Below, in pieces: positions 17,427-27,384 of a stretch of DNA of 60,261 nucleotides (its first letter is position 1; each line of letters starts with the position of its first letter). Made by a program: the position numbers and the translations under genes. Under the pieces are notes generated by a model. The model did not search any database. It was not told where the DNA came from and saw only the letters and a list, made by a program, of their open reading frames with translations. The stretch is from an uncultured Lentisphaeraceae bacterium (GTDB taxonomy: Bacteria > Verrucomicrobiota > Kiritimatiellia > RFP12 > UBA1067). The stretch lies in assembly GCA_964650165.1 (NCBI GenBank), contig CAZYQF010000001.1, forward strand, positions 1 through 60,261, written 5' to 3'.

Positions 17427-18217
17427 TGGTCCGTGCCGTGAAGTTCGTCAAAATGCACGGCGCGGGGAACGACTTCGTTCTCGTCGACGACCGTGATGGC
17501 GCCTTTCCCTCGAACGACGCCCGGCGAATCTCCGCACTGGCGACGCGGCCGAACGGAATCGGGTGCGAGGGCGTGATTCTCGTCCAGAAATCGGACCGCG
17601 CCGACTTCCGGATGCGCTTCTTCAATCCGGACGGCACCGAAGCGGATCTCTGCGGCAACGGCGCACGGTGCGTCGCGGCTTTCGCGCGAGAGATCGGCGC
17701 GGTTCCCGACAGGACGATGCGCTTCGAGACCGGTGCCGGGTTCGTCGACGCCGAGATCCTCGCGAACGGACTTGTCCGCATTTCGATGCCGGATCCGAAG
17801 GGGCTCGACGGAGACTTCGTGATTGCCGGAGTCCCGCACAAGATTGTCCCGGTGGAGGACCTTGCCGGGGCCGACGTCGACGGCGAAGGTCGCCGCATCC
17901 GCACGAGCGCCGAATTCGCCCCGAACGGCACCAACGTCGACTTCGTCACCTACCGGAAGCCCGACCGCGTGTCGATCCGGACTTACGAGCGCGGCGTCGA
18001 GGCCGAGTCGTTCGCCTGCGGCACAGGGTCGGTCGCCGCGGCCGTCGTGGGCGTCGCCGGCCATGGCCTCCGCTTCCCGGTGACGGTGACGACCGCCGGC
18101 GGAGACGAACTCGTTGTCGGCGGAATCTGCCATGGCACGTCGTTCTCAAACATCACGCTCACGGGTCCCGTCCGGCGGATTTTCGAGGGTGCATTCGACC
18201 TCGGTTCTCTTGATTGA
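17426..18217 (+). CDS. dapF: Diaminopimelate epimerase
   Basis: KMHGAGNDFVLVDD, NPDGTEADLCGNGARC and FACGTGS catalytic Cys motifs. ATG shares 1 nt with the prc stop. Confidence 0.9.
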   Translation: MVRAVKFVKMHGAGNDFVLVDDRDGAFPSNDARRISALATRPNGIGCEGVILVQKSDRADFRMRFFNPDGTEADLCGNGARCVAAFAREIGAVPDRTMRFETGAGFVDAEILANGLVRISMPDPKGLDGDFVIAGVPHKIVPVEDLAGADVDGEGRRIRTSAEFAPNGTNVDFVTYRKPDRVSIRTYERGVEAESFACGTGSVAAAVVGVAGHGLRFPVTVTTAGGDELVVGGICHGTSFSNITLTGPVRRIFEGAFDLGSLD

Positions 18218-18232
18218 TTGACTGAATAATTG

Positions 18233-18238
18233 TATAAT
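18233..18238 (+). promoter_or_regulatory. -10 hexamer TATAAT, 11 nt upstream of the rnfA ATG
   Basis: Exact TATAAT in the 32-nt dapF-rnfA gap, after stops in all three frames (TGATTGATTGACTGAATAA). Confidence 0.45.
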
Positions 18239-18249
18239 TTCGTTAAATT

Positions 18250-18837
18250 ATGAGCTACTACCTCATGTTGCTGGTCGGCGCGGTTCTGGTGAACAACTTC
18301 GTCATGAGCCGCTTCCTCGGTTGTTGTCCGTTTCTCGGCGTCTCGAAGAAGACGGAAACTGCTGTCGGCATGGGCGCCGCCGTCGTCTTCGTGATGACCA
18401 TCGCCGCCGCGGTCACATGGTGGCTCGACCACTGCCTGCTGCGGCCCTACGGACTGGGCTACATCCACACCCTAGCGTTCATCCTGGTGATTGCGGCGCT
18501 CGTGCAGTTCATCGACCTCGCGATGAAGCGCTTTCTCCCCCCCCTGCATGCGGCGCTCGGCATCTTCCTGCCGCTCATCACCACGAACTGCGCGGTTCTC
18601 GGCGTTGCCGAGATCAACTGCACGCAGGGGACCGGTTTTTTCGAGTCCGTCTTCTTCTCGTTTTCCGCGGCGGTCGGCTTCGGCTTCGCTCTCGTGCTCT
18701 TCTCGGGCATTCGCGAGAAGCTCGCCCATGCCGATCCGCCCCGCTGCTTCCGCGGCATCGCGGTCGCGCTCGTGACCGCCGGGCTTCTCTCCTTGGCGTT
18801 CATGGGATTCTCGGGAATGGTCAAGCTGCCGTACTGA
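18250..18837 (+). CDS. rnfA: Rnf electron-transport complex subunit A
   Basis: [38 protein letters not shown] and [12 protein letters not shown] align with RnfA/RsxA rather than RnfE. Confidence 0.9.
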   Translation: MSYYLMLLVGAVLVNNFVMSRFLGCCPFLGVSKKTETAVGMGAAVVFVMTIAAAVTWWLDHCLLRPYGLGYIHTLAFILVIAALVQFIDLAMKRFLPPLHAALGIFLPLITTNCAVLGVAEINCTQGTGFFESVFFSFSAAVGFGFALVLFSGIREKLAHADPPRCFRGIAVALVTAGLLSLAFMGFSGMVKLPY

Positions 18838-18857
18838 TAGCAAAAGAGGACTGAGTG

Positions 18858-19769
18858 ATGAAACGTGCATTGAAAAGAATAGTGATTGGCGGTGTGTCGG
18901 CTTGGGTCTTTGCACGGGTTTTGGTTATTTTATATCCACTTATGCGGACGTATAGCGAAATCTTTGGTCCTATTATTGTAATCGCCGGCATCGGGCTGAT
19001 TTCGGCGGTCGCGCTCGCGATCGCCGACAGGTACCTGAGCGTTGCGGAGGATCCGCGCATCGGCATGGTGACAGCGGAACTTCCGGGCGCGAACTGCGGC
19101 GGCTGCGGTTTCGCGGGCTGCGACGGCTATGCGCGCGCTCTGGTCGCGGGCACGGCTCCGAACGGCGCCTGCGCCGCGGGCGGCGAGGCGGTCGCGAAGG
19201 CGGTCGCGAAGATCCTCGGCGTCTCGGCGGGGACGACGGAGCGGCGCGTGGCGCTCGTCAAGTGCGGCGGCTCCCGGTCGGAGGCGATCCGCGTCGGCGA
19301 CTACAACGGCATCTGCGACTGCAGCGTCGCGGCGGCGACGGCCGGCGGCGACAAGGGCTGCAAGTACGGCTGCATCGGATACGGTGCGTGTGCGAACGCC
19401 TGTCCGACGGGCGCGATCTCGATCGACGACGGACTGGCCAAGGTCGACAAGCGGCTGTGCATCGGCTGCGGAAAGTGCGTGACCGTGTGCCCGAAGCACG
19501 TCATCGAGCTCGTTCCCGCCTCGGCGACGATCCACGTTCTCTGCAACAATCCGGTGCGCGGTCCGGAAGTCCGCAAGGTCTGCGGCGTCGGCTGCATGGG
19601 CTGCCGCCTCTGCGAGAAGAACTCCGGCGGCAAGGAGGCCAATCACTTCGTCTTCGACGGATTTCTCGCGAAGGTCAATTACGAGAATCCGCCGACGGAC
19701 GAGCAGATCGTGGCGAAATGCCCCGCCAAGTGCATGAGCGTCGACCCCCACTTCGAAACGGGAAATTGA
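18858..19769 (+). CDS. rnfB: Rnf complex subunit B (Fe-S)
   Basis: LPGANCGGCGFAGCDGYA plus CIGYGACANACP and CIGCGKCVTVCP. AAGAGGA SD 7 nt before ATG 18858. The first ~28 codons are unusually AT-rich, and ATG 18942 (MRTYSEIFGPIIV) is an alternative start. Confidence 0.8.
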   Translation: MKRALKRIVIGGVSAWVFARVLVILYPLMRTYSEIFGPIIVIAGIGLISAVALAIADRYLSVAEDPRIGMVTAELPGANCGGCGFAGCDGYARALVAGTAPNGACAAGGEAVAKAVAKILGVSAGTTERRVALVKCGGSRSEAIRVGDYNGICDCSVAAATAGGDKGCKYGCIGYGACANACPTGAISIDDGLAKVDKRLCIGCGKCVTVCPKHVIELVPASATIHVLCNNPVRGPEVRKVCGVGCMGCRLCEKNSGGKEANHFVFDGFLAKVNYENPPTDEQIVAKCPAKCMSVDPHFETGN

Positions 19770-19770
19770 C

Positions 19771-21153
19771 ATGAAGACTGTAAAGAGTCCATTCAAGTTC
19801 AAGGGCGGGGTCCATCCCGACTACAACAAGGAGCTTGCGAAGGGCAAGGCGATCGAGACGCTGCCGTGTCCGGCGGAGCTCGTCATCTCGATGGGCCAGC
19901 ACCTCGGCGCGCCGGCGAAGTGCGTTGTCAAGGCAGGCGACTATGTCGTCCGCGGACAGCTCCTCGGCGAGCGGAACGGCTTCATCTCGGTGCCCGTCTA
20001 CGCGTCCGCGAACGGGCTTGTCAAGGCGGTCGAGCCGCGCCTCGGGCCTGCCGGCGGGACGGATGTCGCGGTGATTCTCGACACGACGGCCCCGGCGCCC
20101 GACGGCGTCGATGCCGTCGAGCGCAGCCTGGCGCCGATCGACTGGAGGACCGCCACGAAGGAGGAGCTTCTCGCGCGCGTGAACGAGGCCGGCATCTGCG
20201 GCATGGGCGGCGCCGGATTTCCGGCCAGCGTGAAGCTGAATCCGCCTCCCGGCAAGCGCTGCGAGTACCTGATCGTCAACGGCGCGGAGTGCGAGCCCTA
20301 TCTCTGCGCGGACCACCGCCTGATGCTCGAGCGCGCGGACCGCATCCGCGCCGGCGTCGAGATCATGAGAAAGGTCCTCGGCGACTGCGCGGTGCGGATC
20401 GCGATCGAGGCGAACAAGCCGGATGCCGTCGCGGCGATTGAGAAGGCTTTCGCGGACATCGAGGGCAACGTCGAGATCGTCGTGCTGCCGGTTTTGTATC
20501 CGCAGGGTTCCGAGAAGCACCAGATCTTCGCCACGGTCGGACGCGTCGTCCCCGAGCCGCCCGCACTCCCGATCGACGTCGGCTGCGTCGTCGAAAACGT
20601 CGGCACCGTCGCTGCGATCGCCGATGCGGTGGAGAAGGGGAAGTTCCTCCTCTCGCGCGTGACCACGGTTTCGGGCGACGCGATCGCCGAGCCCAAGAAC
20701 GTCGACGCGCCGCTCGGCACGAAGTATGCGGATCTCATCGCGTTCTGCGGCGGGGCGAAGAAGCCGGTTGCGAAGCTGATTTCCGGCGGAACGATGATGG
20801 GCTTTTCAGTCGCGACCGACCAGATCGGCACGGCGAAGACGACCTCGGGGCTTCTCCTGCTCTCGCGCGACCGCGTCGGCCAATACCAGTCGCAGGCGTG
20901 CATCAACTGCGGCCGCTGCGTCCGGGCGTGTCCGATGGGCCTCAATGCCGCGGAAATCGCGAAGGCGGTCGAGGCGAACGACGTCAAAGCGGCCGAGGAC
21001 CTGCACGTGATGTCGTGCATCGAATGCGGCGCGTGCACCTTCTGCTGCCCCGCACGCCGTCCGATCACCCAGTTCTGCCGCCGTGCGAAGAACAGCATCA
21101 GGGCCAGGATCGCGGCCGAGAAGGCGAAGGCCGCCGCCGCCGCCGTGAAATAG
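19771..21153 (+). CDS. rnfC: Rnf complex subunit C
   Basis: GICGMGGAGFPASVKL, NGAECEPYLCADHRLM, CINCGRCVRACP and CIECGACTFCCP. Confidence 0.9.
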   Translation: MKTVKSPFKFKGGVHPDYNKELAKGKAIETLPCPAELVISMGQHLGAPAKCVVKAGDYVVRGQLLGERNGFISVPVYASANGLVKAVEPRLGPAGGTDVAVILDTTAPAPDGVDAVERSLAPIDWRTATKEELLARVNEAGICGMGGAGFPASVKLNPPPGKRCEYLIVNGAECEPYLCADHRLMLERADRIRAGVEIMRKVLGDCAVRIAIEANKPDAVAAIEKAFADIEGNVEIVVLPVLYPQGSEKHQIFATVGRVVPEPPALPIDVGCVVENVGTVAAIADAVEKGKFLLSRVTTVSGDAIAEPKNVDAPLGTKYADLIAFCGGAKKPVAKLISGGTMMGFSVATDQIGTAKTTSGLLLLSRDRVGQYQSQACINCGRCVRACPMGLNAAEIAKAVEANDVKAAEDLHVMSCIECGACTFCCPARRPITQFCRRAKNSIRARIAAEKAKAAAAAVK

Positions 21154-21198
21154 GTCCGGAAGGCTTAAGTAGTTTTGAAGGTTTAGAAAGTCTGTAAC

Positions 21199-22161
21199 AT
21201 GAAACCGAAAGAGACAGCCGAACACTATATCCTCTCGAGTTCGCCTCACGCCCACTCGCAGTCGAGCGTATCGCGGATCATGCTCGACGTGATCCTCGCG
21301 CTCCTGCCGACGACGGCGGCGGGCATCTGGTTTTTCGGCATGCCGGCCGTGTGGACGGTCGTCACCTGCGTCGCGGCCTGTCTCGCGACCGAGGCGCTCT
21401 CGCGGCTCGCGATGAAGCGAGAGAACACGGTCGGCGACCTTTCGGCCGTCGTCACGGGACTCCTTCTGGCGCTCAACCTTCCGGCGGGGCTTCCGCCCTG
21501 GATGGCGGCCGTCGGTTCCGTCTTTGCGATCGGCATCGCCAAGCAGGTGTTCGGCGGCATCGGCATGAATCCGTTCAACCCCGCGCTTGCCGCGCGTGCG
21601 TTCATGCTCATCAGCTTCACCGGCCCGATGACCACCTGGCTCAAGCCGTTCTGGTGGAAGACGCCGGAGGCGATGACCACCGCGACGCCGCTGGCGGCGA
21701 TCCGGGCGTCCGCCGGCGCGGTTCCGCCGGACGCGGTTCCCGATCTCGGACGTCTTCTCGTCGGAAACATGCCCGGCTGCATCGGCGAGGTCTCGGCGCT
21801 CGCGCTCGCGCTCGGCGCGCTCTACCTCCTCTTCCGCAAGGTCATCACCTGGCACATCCCGGTGGCGTTCCTCGCGACGGTGGCGGTCTACGCGCTGATC
21901 TGCGGCCGCGCCCCCGCGCATGTCGAGATCCTGACCGGCGGCGTGATGATCGGCGCGTGCTTCATGGCGACGGACTACGTCACCTCGCCGACGACGGCGA
22001 AGGGCAAGCTGATCTTCGGCTGCGGCTGCGGACTCCTCTGCATGCTGATTCGCCAGTTCGGATCCTATCCCGAGGGCTGTTCGTTTGCGATCCTGATCAT
22101 GAACGCGGTCTGTCCCCTGATCAACCGCGTAACCCAGCCGAAACCCTTTGGAGCGAAATAA
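21199..22161 (+). CDS. rnfD: Rnf complex subunit D
   Basis: SSPHAHS N-terminus, polytopic membrane protein, FGGIGMNPFNPALAARAF and FMATDYVTSP motifs. Confidence 0.9.
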   Translation: MKPKETAEHYILSSSPHAHSQSSVSRIMLDVILALLPTTAAGIWFFGMPAVWTVVTCVAACLATEALSRLAMKRENTVGDLSAVVTGLLLALNLPAGLPPWMAAVGSVFAIGIAKQVFGGIGMNPFNPALAARAFMLISFTGPMTTWLKPFWWKTPEAMTTATPLAAIRASAGAVPPDAVPDLGRLLVGNMPGCIGEVSALALALGALYLLFRKVITWHIPVAFLATVAVYALICGRAPAHVEILTGGVMIGACFMATDYVTSPTTAKGKLIFGCGCGLLCMLIRQFGSYPEGCSFAILIMNAVCPLINRVTQPKPFGAK

Positions 22162-22162
22162 G

Positions 22163-22615
22163 ATGAAGAAGATCCTTGGACTGGTGCTGAGCCTGACGAT
22201 CATCAGCGGCGTCTGCGCCGCGGTGCTCGCCTATGTCGACAAGATCACGCGGGGTCCGATCGCCGCGACCGCTGCGAAGGCGAAGGAGGCCGCCAAGGTC
22301 GCCGTCCTGTGCGGCGAGGACGGTTTCACGGCCGAGGGCCGCAGCGGCGCGGGCTACGGCGGGGACATCGTGCTGATGGTCGGATTCAAGACGGACAAGA
22401 AGACCGTGATCTCCTACAAGGTTCTCGAGGCTTCGGAAACGCCGGGTCTCGGCATGAAGCTCAAGGCGCCCGAGTTCGCCGGACAGTTCAAGGGCCGGGA
22501 CGGCAGCGCGCTCAAGGTCAAGAAGGACGGCGGCGACATCGAGGCGATCACTTCCGCTACCATCACTTCGCGCGCGGTGTGCGAGGCGATTGCCGACGCG
22601 CGGTCCAAGCTGTGA
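22163..22615 (+). CDS. rnfG: Rnf complex subunit G (FMN-binding)
   Basis: N-terminal anchor. ETPGLG and ITSATITSRAV (FMN attachment-type motif). ATG 22163 is preferred to the listed TTG 22148. Confidence 0.8.
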   Translation: MKKILGLVLSLTIISGVCAAVLAYVDKITRGPIAATAAKAKEAAKVAVLCGEDGFTAEGRSGAGYGGDIVLMVGFKTDKKTVISYKVLEASETPGLGMKLKAPEFAGQFKGRDGSALKVKKDGGDIEAITSATITSRAVCEAIADARSKL

Positions 22616-23523
22616 AGAAATCGAGCATATCTGTCGACCTCGAGTACGGAGCGCTTCGGTTCTTCTGCGGACTCGTCAACTTGATTCCCTACCGTCTGGC
22701 GATGGCGATCGCGTCCGTCATCGGATGCCTTGCCGTCGACGTTCTCCGGGTCCATCGCAAGAGAACGCTCGCCCGTCTTCGCGGCGTTTTTCCCGAGAAG
22801 GAGGAAAAGGAGCTCCGCCGCATCGCCCGGCTCAGTTTCGTCAACATCCTGCAGACCGGGGTCGAGATGATCCGTGCGCCCCGGCTGACCAAAGAGTGGA
22901 TGGACCGCTACGTTGTCGACGGACAGGCCCACAAGGACATGCTCCAGTCTTACGTTGACGAAGGGAGAGGGGTCGTGATCATGGTTCCCCATTCCGGCAA
23001 CTGGTACATGGCGGCGTGGGCGATGGCCAAGTACGGGATTCCGCTTTTTGCGATTGCGGCGAAGCAGCGCAATCCGAAGATCGACGCGTGGATGAAGCGC
23101 CAGTACGGCGACATCGAAGTTCTCGAGCGCGGCAGCGCCCGGACCCTTGTCGAGATCAGGAAGAGGCTCGAGTCCGGCCGCGCTTTCGCGATCCTTCCCG
23201 ACCTTCGGGTGCCGACGCCGGACGTCGAAGTCGATTTCCTCGGCGGCAAGGCGAATGTCTCACATGCCGGCGCGATGTTCGCCGTGAAGTGCTCTTGCCC
23301 GGTCGTGGTCGCGGCGATGCGTCGCGAGAACGGACGGCACGTCTTCGACTATCTGGAAACGCTGCGTCCGGACGCGTCCGCGGCAGACGGCAAGGCCGAG
23401 GCCGCGCGCCTCACGCGCGCGGCGATGGCGCTGCTCGACCGGCACATTTGCGCACATCCTGAGAACTGGTTCTGGTACAACAAGCGCTGGATCCTCCAGC
23501 CGGTTCCTGCAAAGCTGAAATGA
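22612..23523 (+). CDS. LpxL/HtrB-like lipid A (lysophospholipid) acyltransferase family protein
   Basis: N-terminal hydrophobic segment, PHSGNWY (HxxxxD/E-type acyltransferase box), ILPDLRV. GTG 22612 overlaps the rnfG stop (GTGA). Confidence 0.65.
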   Translation: MKKSSISVDLEYGALRFFCGLVNLIPYRLAMAIASVIGCLAVDVLRVHRKRTLARLRGVFPEKEEKELRRIARLSFVNILQTGVEMIRAPRLTKEWMDRYVVDGQAHKDMLQSYVDEGRGVVIMVPHSGNWYMAAWAMAKYGIPLFAIAAKQRNPKIDAWMKRQYGDIEVLERGSARTLVEIRKRLESGRAFAILPDLRVPTPDVEVDFLGGKANVSHAGAMFAVKCSCPVVVAAMRRENGRHVFDYLETLRPDASAADGKAEAARLTRAAMALLDRHICAHPENWFWYNKRWILQPVPAKLK

Positions 23524-24188
23524 AGAAGAACAAGCGCCAGCTGCCGTTTCCGGTCCTGTTCGAGGACAACGACGTCATCGTGATCGCGAAGCCCGCGGGG
23601 CTACTGACCACGCACACCCAGCTTGTCGGACGATTCGCGCGCGAAACCCAGCTCACCGCCGAGAACGTTCTCAACGACTACGTCCGCAAGGGGCAGCTGA
23701 GGTCGAGGAAGCGCGTCTGGCTCGTCCACCGTCTCGACCGCGACACCAGCGGCGTGATGATGTTCGCGAAGTCCGAGGCGGTGTCGGAGGCCTTGCGCGC
23801 GAACTGGAATGCCGTCACCGAGAAAACCTATGTCGCCCGCGTCGCCGGCGGCATGTCCGAGGATCGCGGCGTCTTCGAGAGCCAGCTTCGCGAGGATGCG
23901 GACGGCTACAAGGTCCGGTCGGTGAAGAGCGGCGGCAAGCTGGCGCGGACCGAATGGAAGAAGCTCACGGCCGAGGACGGGACGACGCTCGTCGAGGTCA
24001 TGCTCAAGTCCGGGCGCAAGAACCAGATCCGCGTGCATTTCTCCGAAGCCGGGCATCCGGTGATCGGCGACGTCAAGTACGGCGGTCCGAAGGCGAGCCG
24101 CCTCTACCTTCACGCCCGCACGCTCAAGTTCAAGCACCCGCAGACCGGGAAATGGATGGAGTTTTCAGATGAACGCGGTATTCTTTGA
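23520..24188 (+). CDS. RluA-family pseudouridine synthase (no S4 domain)
   Basis: HRLDRDTSGVMMFAK catalytic Asp motif and KNQIRVH. ATGA overlap with the upstream gene. Confidence 0.85.
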   Translation: MKKNKRQLPFPVLFEDNDVIVIAKPAGLLTTHTQLVGRFARETQLTAENVLNDYVRKGQLRSRKRVWLVHRLDRDTSGVMMFAKSEAVSEALRANWNAVTEKTYVARVAGGMSEDRGVFESQLREDADGYKVRSVKSGGKLARTEWKKLTAEDGTTLVEVMLKSGRKNQIRVHFSEAGHPVIGDVKYGGPKASRLYLHARTLKFKHPQTGKWMEFSDERGIL

Positions 24189-24816
24189 CTTCGACGGAAC
24201 CCTGTTCGACACGCGGGCGGATCTCGCGGGCACGGTCAACCATACGCGGCGCGACCTCGGTCTTCCCGAGATGCCGGTCGATGAGGTGATCGTGCACGTC
24301 GGGCAGGGCGCGCGGTATCTTCTCGAGCATGCGATCTCCGAGACGGAGAAGCCCTACGAGGAGCTTTGGGAGATCTTCCGCGGACACTACGCCGAACATT
24401 GCACGGAGACGGTCGAACCGTATCCGAACGTCCGTCGCACCCTTGACGAGCTCAAGGACCGCGGCTGGCTTCTCAGCATCAATACGAACAAGCCGAATTT
24501 CGCAGTGAAGCTGATTCTCGAGAAGTTCGGCATGGCGCGCTATTTCGGATCGGCCGTCGTCGCCGGCGGAGACGGTGTCCCGCTCAAGCCCGACCCCCAA
24601 TCTCTCCGCACGTGTGCGGAGCGTCTCGGCGGACACCGGCTTTCATCGCACGACTGGATGGTCGGGGACAGCTGGACGGACATGCAGTGCGCCGCAAACG
24701 CGGGTGTCAAGGGGGCTTTTTGCACCTTCGGATTCGGGCGGCTCGGAGACTCCCGGGTTACCGTGAAAATCAATTGTTTCGAAGAATTGCTTCGCCACTT
24801 GAAAGCCGAAGAGTAA
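24169..24816 (+). CDS. HAD-family hydrolase (phosphoglycolate phosphatase-like)
   Basis: [11 protein letters not shown] motif I, SINTNKP motif [14 protein letters not shown] motif III/IV. Confidence 0.75.
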   Translation: MNAVFFDFDGTLFDTRADLAGTVNHTRRDLGLPEMPVDEVIVHVGQGARYLLEHAISETEKPYEELWEIFRGHYAEHCTETVEPYPNVRRTLDELKDRGWLLSINTNKPNFAVKLILEKFGMARYFGSAVVAGGDGVPLKPDPQSLRTCAERLGGHRLSSHDWMVGDSWTDMQCAANAGVKGAFCTFGFGRLGDSRVTVKINCFEELLRHLKAEE

Positions 24817-24819
24817 ATA

Positions 24820-24828
24820 TGATATAAT
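24820..24828 (+). promoter_or_regulatory. Extended -10 box TGATATAAT upstream of rpmH
   Basis: Exact TGnTATAAT, 34 nt before ATG 24863, with a GAAAGGAAAAG SD. Confidence 0.55.
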
Positions 24829-24862
24829 TTGCCTTCAATTTCAGCTGAAAGGAAAAGAAATT

Positions 24863-25000
24863 ATGAAGATGACATGGCAGCCGTCGAAGATCAAGCGGAA
24901 AAGGAAAATCGGTTATCGCGCGCGCAAGGCGACCAAGGGCGGACGCAAGGTTCTCGCGTCTCGTCGTGCGAAGGGCCGCAAGCGCCTGACGCAGGTCTGA
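24863..25000 (+). CDS. rpmH: 50S ribosomal protein L34
   Basis: Not in the ORF track (45 aa). Translates to [45 protein letters not shown]. Confidence 0.9.
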   Translation: MKMTWQPSKIKRKRKIGYRARKATKGGRKVLASRRAKGRKRLTQV

Positions 25001-25008
25001 GGCCGCAA

Positions 25009-25335
25009 ATGTCCACGCGACTCCCCGGAACGAAGTACAAACGAGTCTTCGACCGGGGGCGTTCCGTCAAGGGACGTCTCCTTGTCGCGTGGCGATATTC
25101 GTCACCCGACGCCGACCGAATGGCCGGCGTTGTCGTTTCCAAGAAATCCTTCCACGAGGCGGTCGACCGCAACCGCGCCAAGCGCCTGATGCGCGAAGCG
25201 TTCCGTCTGCTGGTCAAGGGCGGAGAGGCCCCCGAGCACACGGAGTGGATTTTCATCGGGCGCCGGGATCTTCTGGACAAGAAGTGCGGAGAGGTGATGG
25301 AGGAGATGAAGTGGGTTTTCTCGCGAAACCGCTGA
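25009..25335 (+). CDS. rnpA: RNase P protein component
   Basis: 108 aa starting at internal ATG 25009 ([14 protein letters not shown]). [15 protein letters not shown] matches the RNR motif. Conserved position after rpmH. Confidence 0.85.
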   Translation: MSTRLPGTKYKRVFDRGRSVKGRLLVAWRYSSPDADRMAGVVVSKKSFHEAVDRNRAKRLMREAFRLLVKGGEAPEHTEWIFIGRRDLLDKKCGEVMEEMKWVFSRNR

Positions 25336-25568
25336 TCCTGCTCGTACGCGCCTATCAGGTCGTCCTGAGCCCGATGATGGGCGGCGGCTGCCGGTTCGAG
25401 CCCAGCTGTTCGAACTACATGATTGAGGCGCTGCAGGTTCACGGGCTGGTCAAGGGAGCGCTGTTGGGGCTGTGGAGAATCCTCAGGTGTCATCCGTTCG
25501 GAGCACACGGATACGATCCGGTTCCTCCCAAGGGCCGGTGGAAGAGCGGATTCGGCGAGGCGGTTTAG
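25311..25568 (+). CDS. yidD: Membrane protein insertion efficiency factor
   Basis: [34 protein letters not shown]...LRCHPF. GTG 25311 overlaps the rnpA 3' end. Confidence 0.85.
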   Translation: MGFLAKPLILLVRAYQVVLSPMMGGGCRFEPSCSNYMIEALQVHGLVKGALLGLWRILRCHPFGAHGYDPVPPKGRWKSGFGEAV

Positions 25569-25607
25569 TTGGTTTGGCATTTAAGAAGATTTGGAAGGGC
25601 TAGAGAA

Positions 25608-27380
25608 ATGAACAAGTTCGAAAAACTGATGTGCGCCGTTTTGGGCGCGGCGTTGGCGTGGTATGTCTTCACGGAAATGAAGAAGCCGAAGCCGGACCCG
25701 GCGGCTAGTGAAGCTGGCGTGGTCGCGCAGACCAATGCGGTCGGAGCGGCGTCGAGCATCGCCGTCGCGCAAAATCTCCCTGCAGCGCGTCCTGCGTCCG
25801 AGCCTTCGGCTTCGGAAATTGTGTCCGTGCCTTCCGTCCCGGAGAAAAGAGTCGTCCTGGAGAACGGACAGCTCAAGCTCGAGCTGAGCTCGTGGGGCGC
25901 GGTCGTCACGAAGGCGACGCTGAAGGAGTATGCGAGGGACTGCGGCGAAATCGGCGAGAAGAATCCCGCGTTGGAGTTTGATTTCTCCGCGTCTCCCCTG
26001 GGCCAGCTTCGGGATGTTCCGGAGCTTGCGGCGAACGCGGCCTACGAGGTGCGCACGGTCGAGTCCAATTCCGCGGTGTTCGTGAATGCGGCGGTGACGC
26101 GCAAGATCACGCTGGGCGATGACTTCAAGGTGGCTTTCGAGGAAACTTTCCACAAGCATGTCGGCGAGACGGCGGAGAAGCCGATGTCGATTTCGCTCGG
26201 CGCGATGCGCATGGGCGGGTCGAAGAACGACCTGCTGTCCGTTGACAGCTTGGCAAAGGACGCCGGCAAGGGCAAGGAAGGCGTTCTCCACCATTGCGAA
26301 GGCGATTCGCCGCTCAAGAACTACCTGGTGGGGGGATTGACCGGCGGTTGCGGCGGCTCGAAGTCCGCGGCCGGGCTTCCGTTTTCCAGCGAGGTCGAGG
26401 TCCGCGGCGCGCAGAAGTGGATTGCCGTCAAGAACCGCTTCTTCGTGACGGCCCTGGCGTCTTCCTCTGATGAGAATGTCGGCTTTTCGACTCGCATCGT
26501 CAGGGACGTGAACGCGGCAAACTACCGTCCGCAGGAAGTCCTTGCGCGCGCGCTGTTCGCCTCCGTCCCCGAAATGCGTTCCACGGTCTTCTATGTCGGC
26601 CCCAAGAAGCAGTCTCTTCTGTGGGATCTCGGAATGAAGGACGTGATGGAGTTCGGCATGTGGCGCTGGATCTGCTATCCGCTCGTCTGGATTCTAAATT
26701 TCTTCAACAGCTGGATTCCGGGATACGGCATAGCGATCATCCTGCTCACGATTTTCGTCCGCGTTCTCTTCTGGCCCCTTACACACAAGTCGACGGTCGG
26801 AATGAAGAAAATGCAGGAACTCCAGCCGCTGATGAAGGAGCTTCAGGCAAAATTCAAGGACAACCCGCAGCGGCTGCAGCAGGAAACCTGGGCTCTCTAC
26901 AAGGAGAAGAAGGTCAATCCGATGAGCTCGTGCCTGCCGATGCTCATTCAGATCCCCGTTTTCATCGCGCTGTTCAACGTCCTGAGGGCCGCAGTCGAGC
27001 TCCGGTATTCGGGATTCCTCTGGATCAGCGACCTTTCCGAGCCCGAGGCGCTGTTCTCCTCGTGGTTTCCGTTCGGCGGACTCAACATCCTGCCGGTCCT
27101 GATGGCGCTGACGACCGGACTTCAGAGTGCGTTCACCCCGTCGACCGGAGACAAGAACCAGCAGCGGATGATGATGATCTTCATGCCGATCATGATGCTG
27201 TTCATGTTCTATTCGTTCCCGTCGGCGCTGTCGCTCTACTGGTTCCTCTCCAACATCTTCTCCATCGGACAGATGTGGATCATCCGCCGGCAGACCGCGG
27301 CGGGACAGAGGGGTACGGCCGTTGTTCCCGAGGTGATCGATCCCCCGGTGACCCGTCAGATGCGCCGCCACCAGGGTTGA
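25608..27380 (+). CDS. yidC: Membrane protein insertase YidC
   Basis: N-terminal anchor, large periplasmic domain, IAIILLTIFVRVLFWPLTHKS, and a C-terminal 5-TM core. ATG 25608 is preferred to TTG 25569. Confidence 0.9.
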   Translation: MNKFEKLMCAVLGAALAWYVFTEMKKPKPDPAASEAGVVAQTNAVGAASSIAVAQNLPAARPASEPSASEIVSVPSVPEKRVVLENGQLKLELSSWGAVVTKATLKEYARDCGEIGEKNPALEFDFSASPLGQLRDVPELAANAAYEVRTVESNSAVFVNAAVTRKITLGDDFKVAFEETFHKHVGETAEKPMSISLGAMRMGGSKNDLLSVDSLAKDAGKGKEGVLHHCEGDSPLKNYLVGGLTGGCGGSKSAAGLPFSSEVEVRGAQKWIAVKNRFFVTALASSSDENVGFSTRIVRDVNAANYRPQEVLARALFASVPEMRSTVFYVGPKKQSLLWDLGMKDVMEFGMWRWICYPLVWILNFFNSWIPGYGIAIILLTIFVRVLFWPLTHKSTVGMKKMQELQPLMKELQAKFKDNPQRLQQETWALYKEKKVNPMSSCLPMLIQIPVFIALFNVLRAAVELRYSGFLWISDLSEPEALFSSWFPFGGLNILPVLMALTTGLQSAFTPSTGDKNQQRMMMIFMPIMMLFMFYSFPSALSLYWFLSNIFSIGQMWIIRRQTAAGQRGTAVVPEVIDPPVTRQMRRHQG

Positions 27381-27384
27381 GGCC

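Noticed and set aside
18855-18941. The AT-rich first ~28 codons of the rnfB ORF as a separate small gene or non-coding spacer.
   Set aside because: It cannot be decided from sequence alone. A good SD precedes ATG 18858, but codon usage there is atypical, and RnfB homologs usually begin at the helix that follows ATG 18942. I recorded this as start-site uncertainty rather than a feature.
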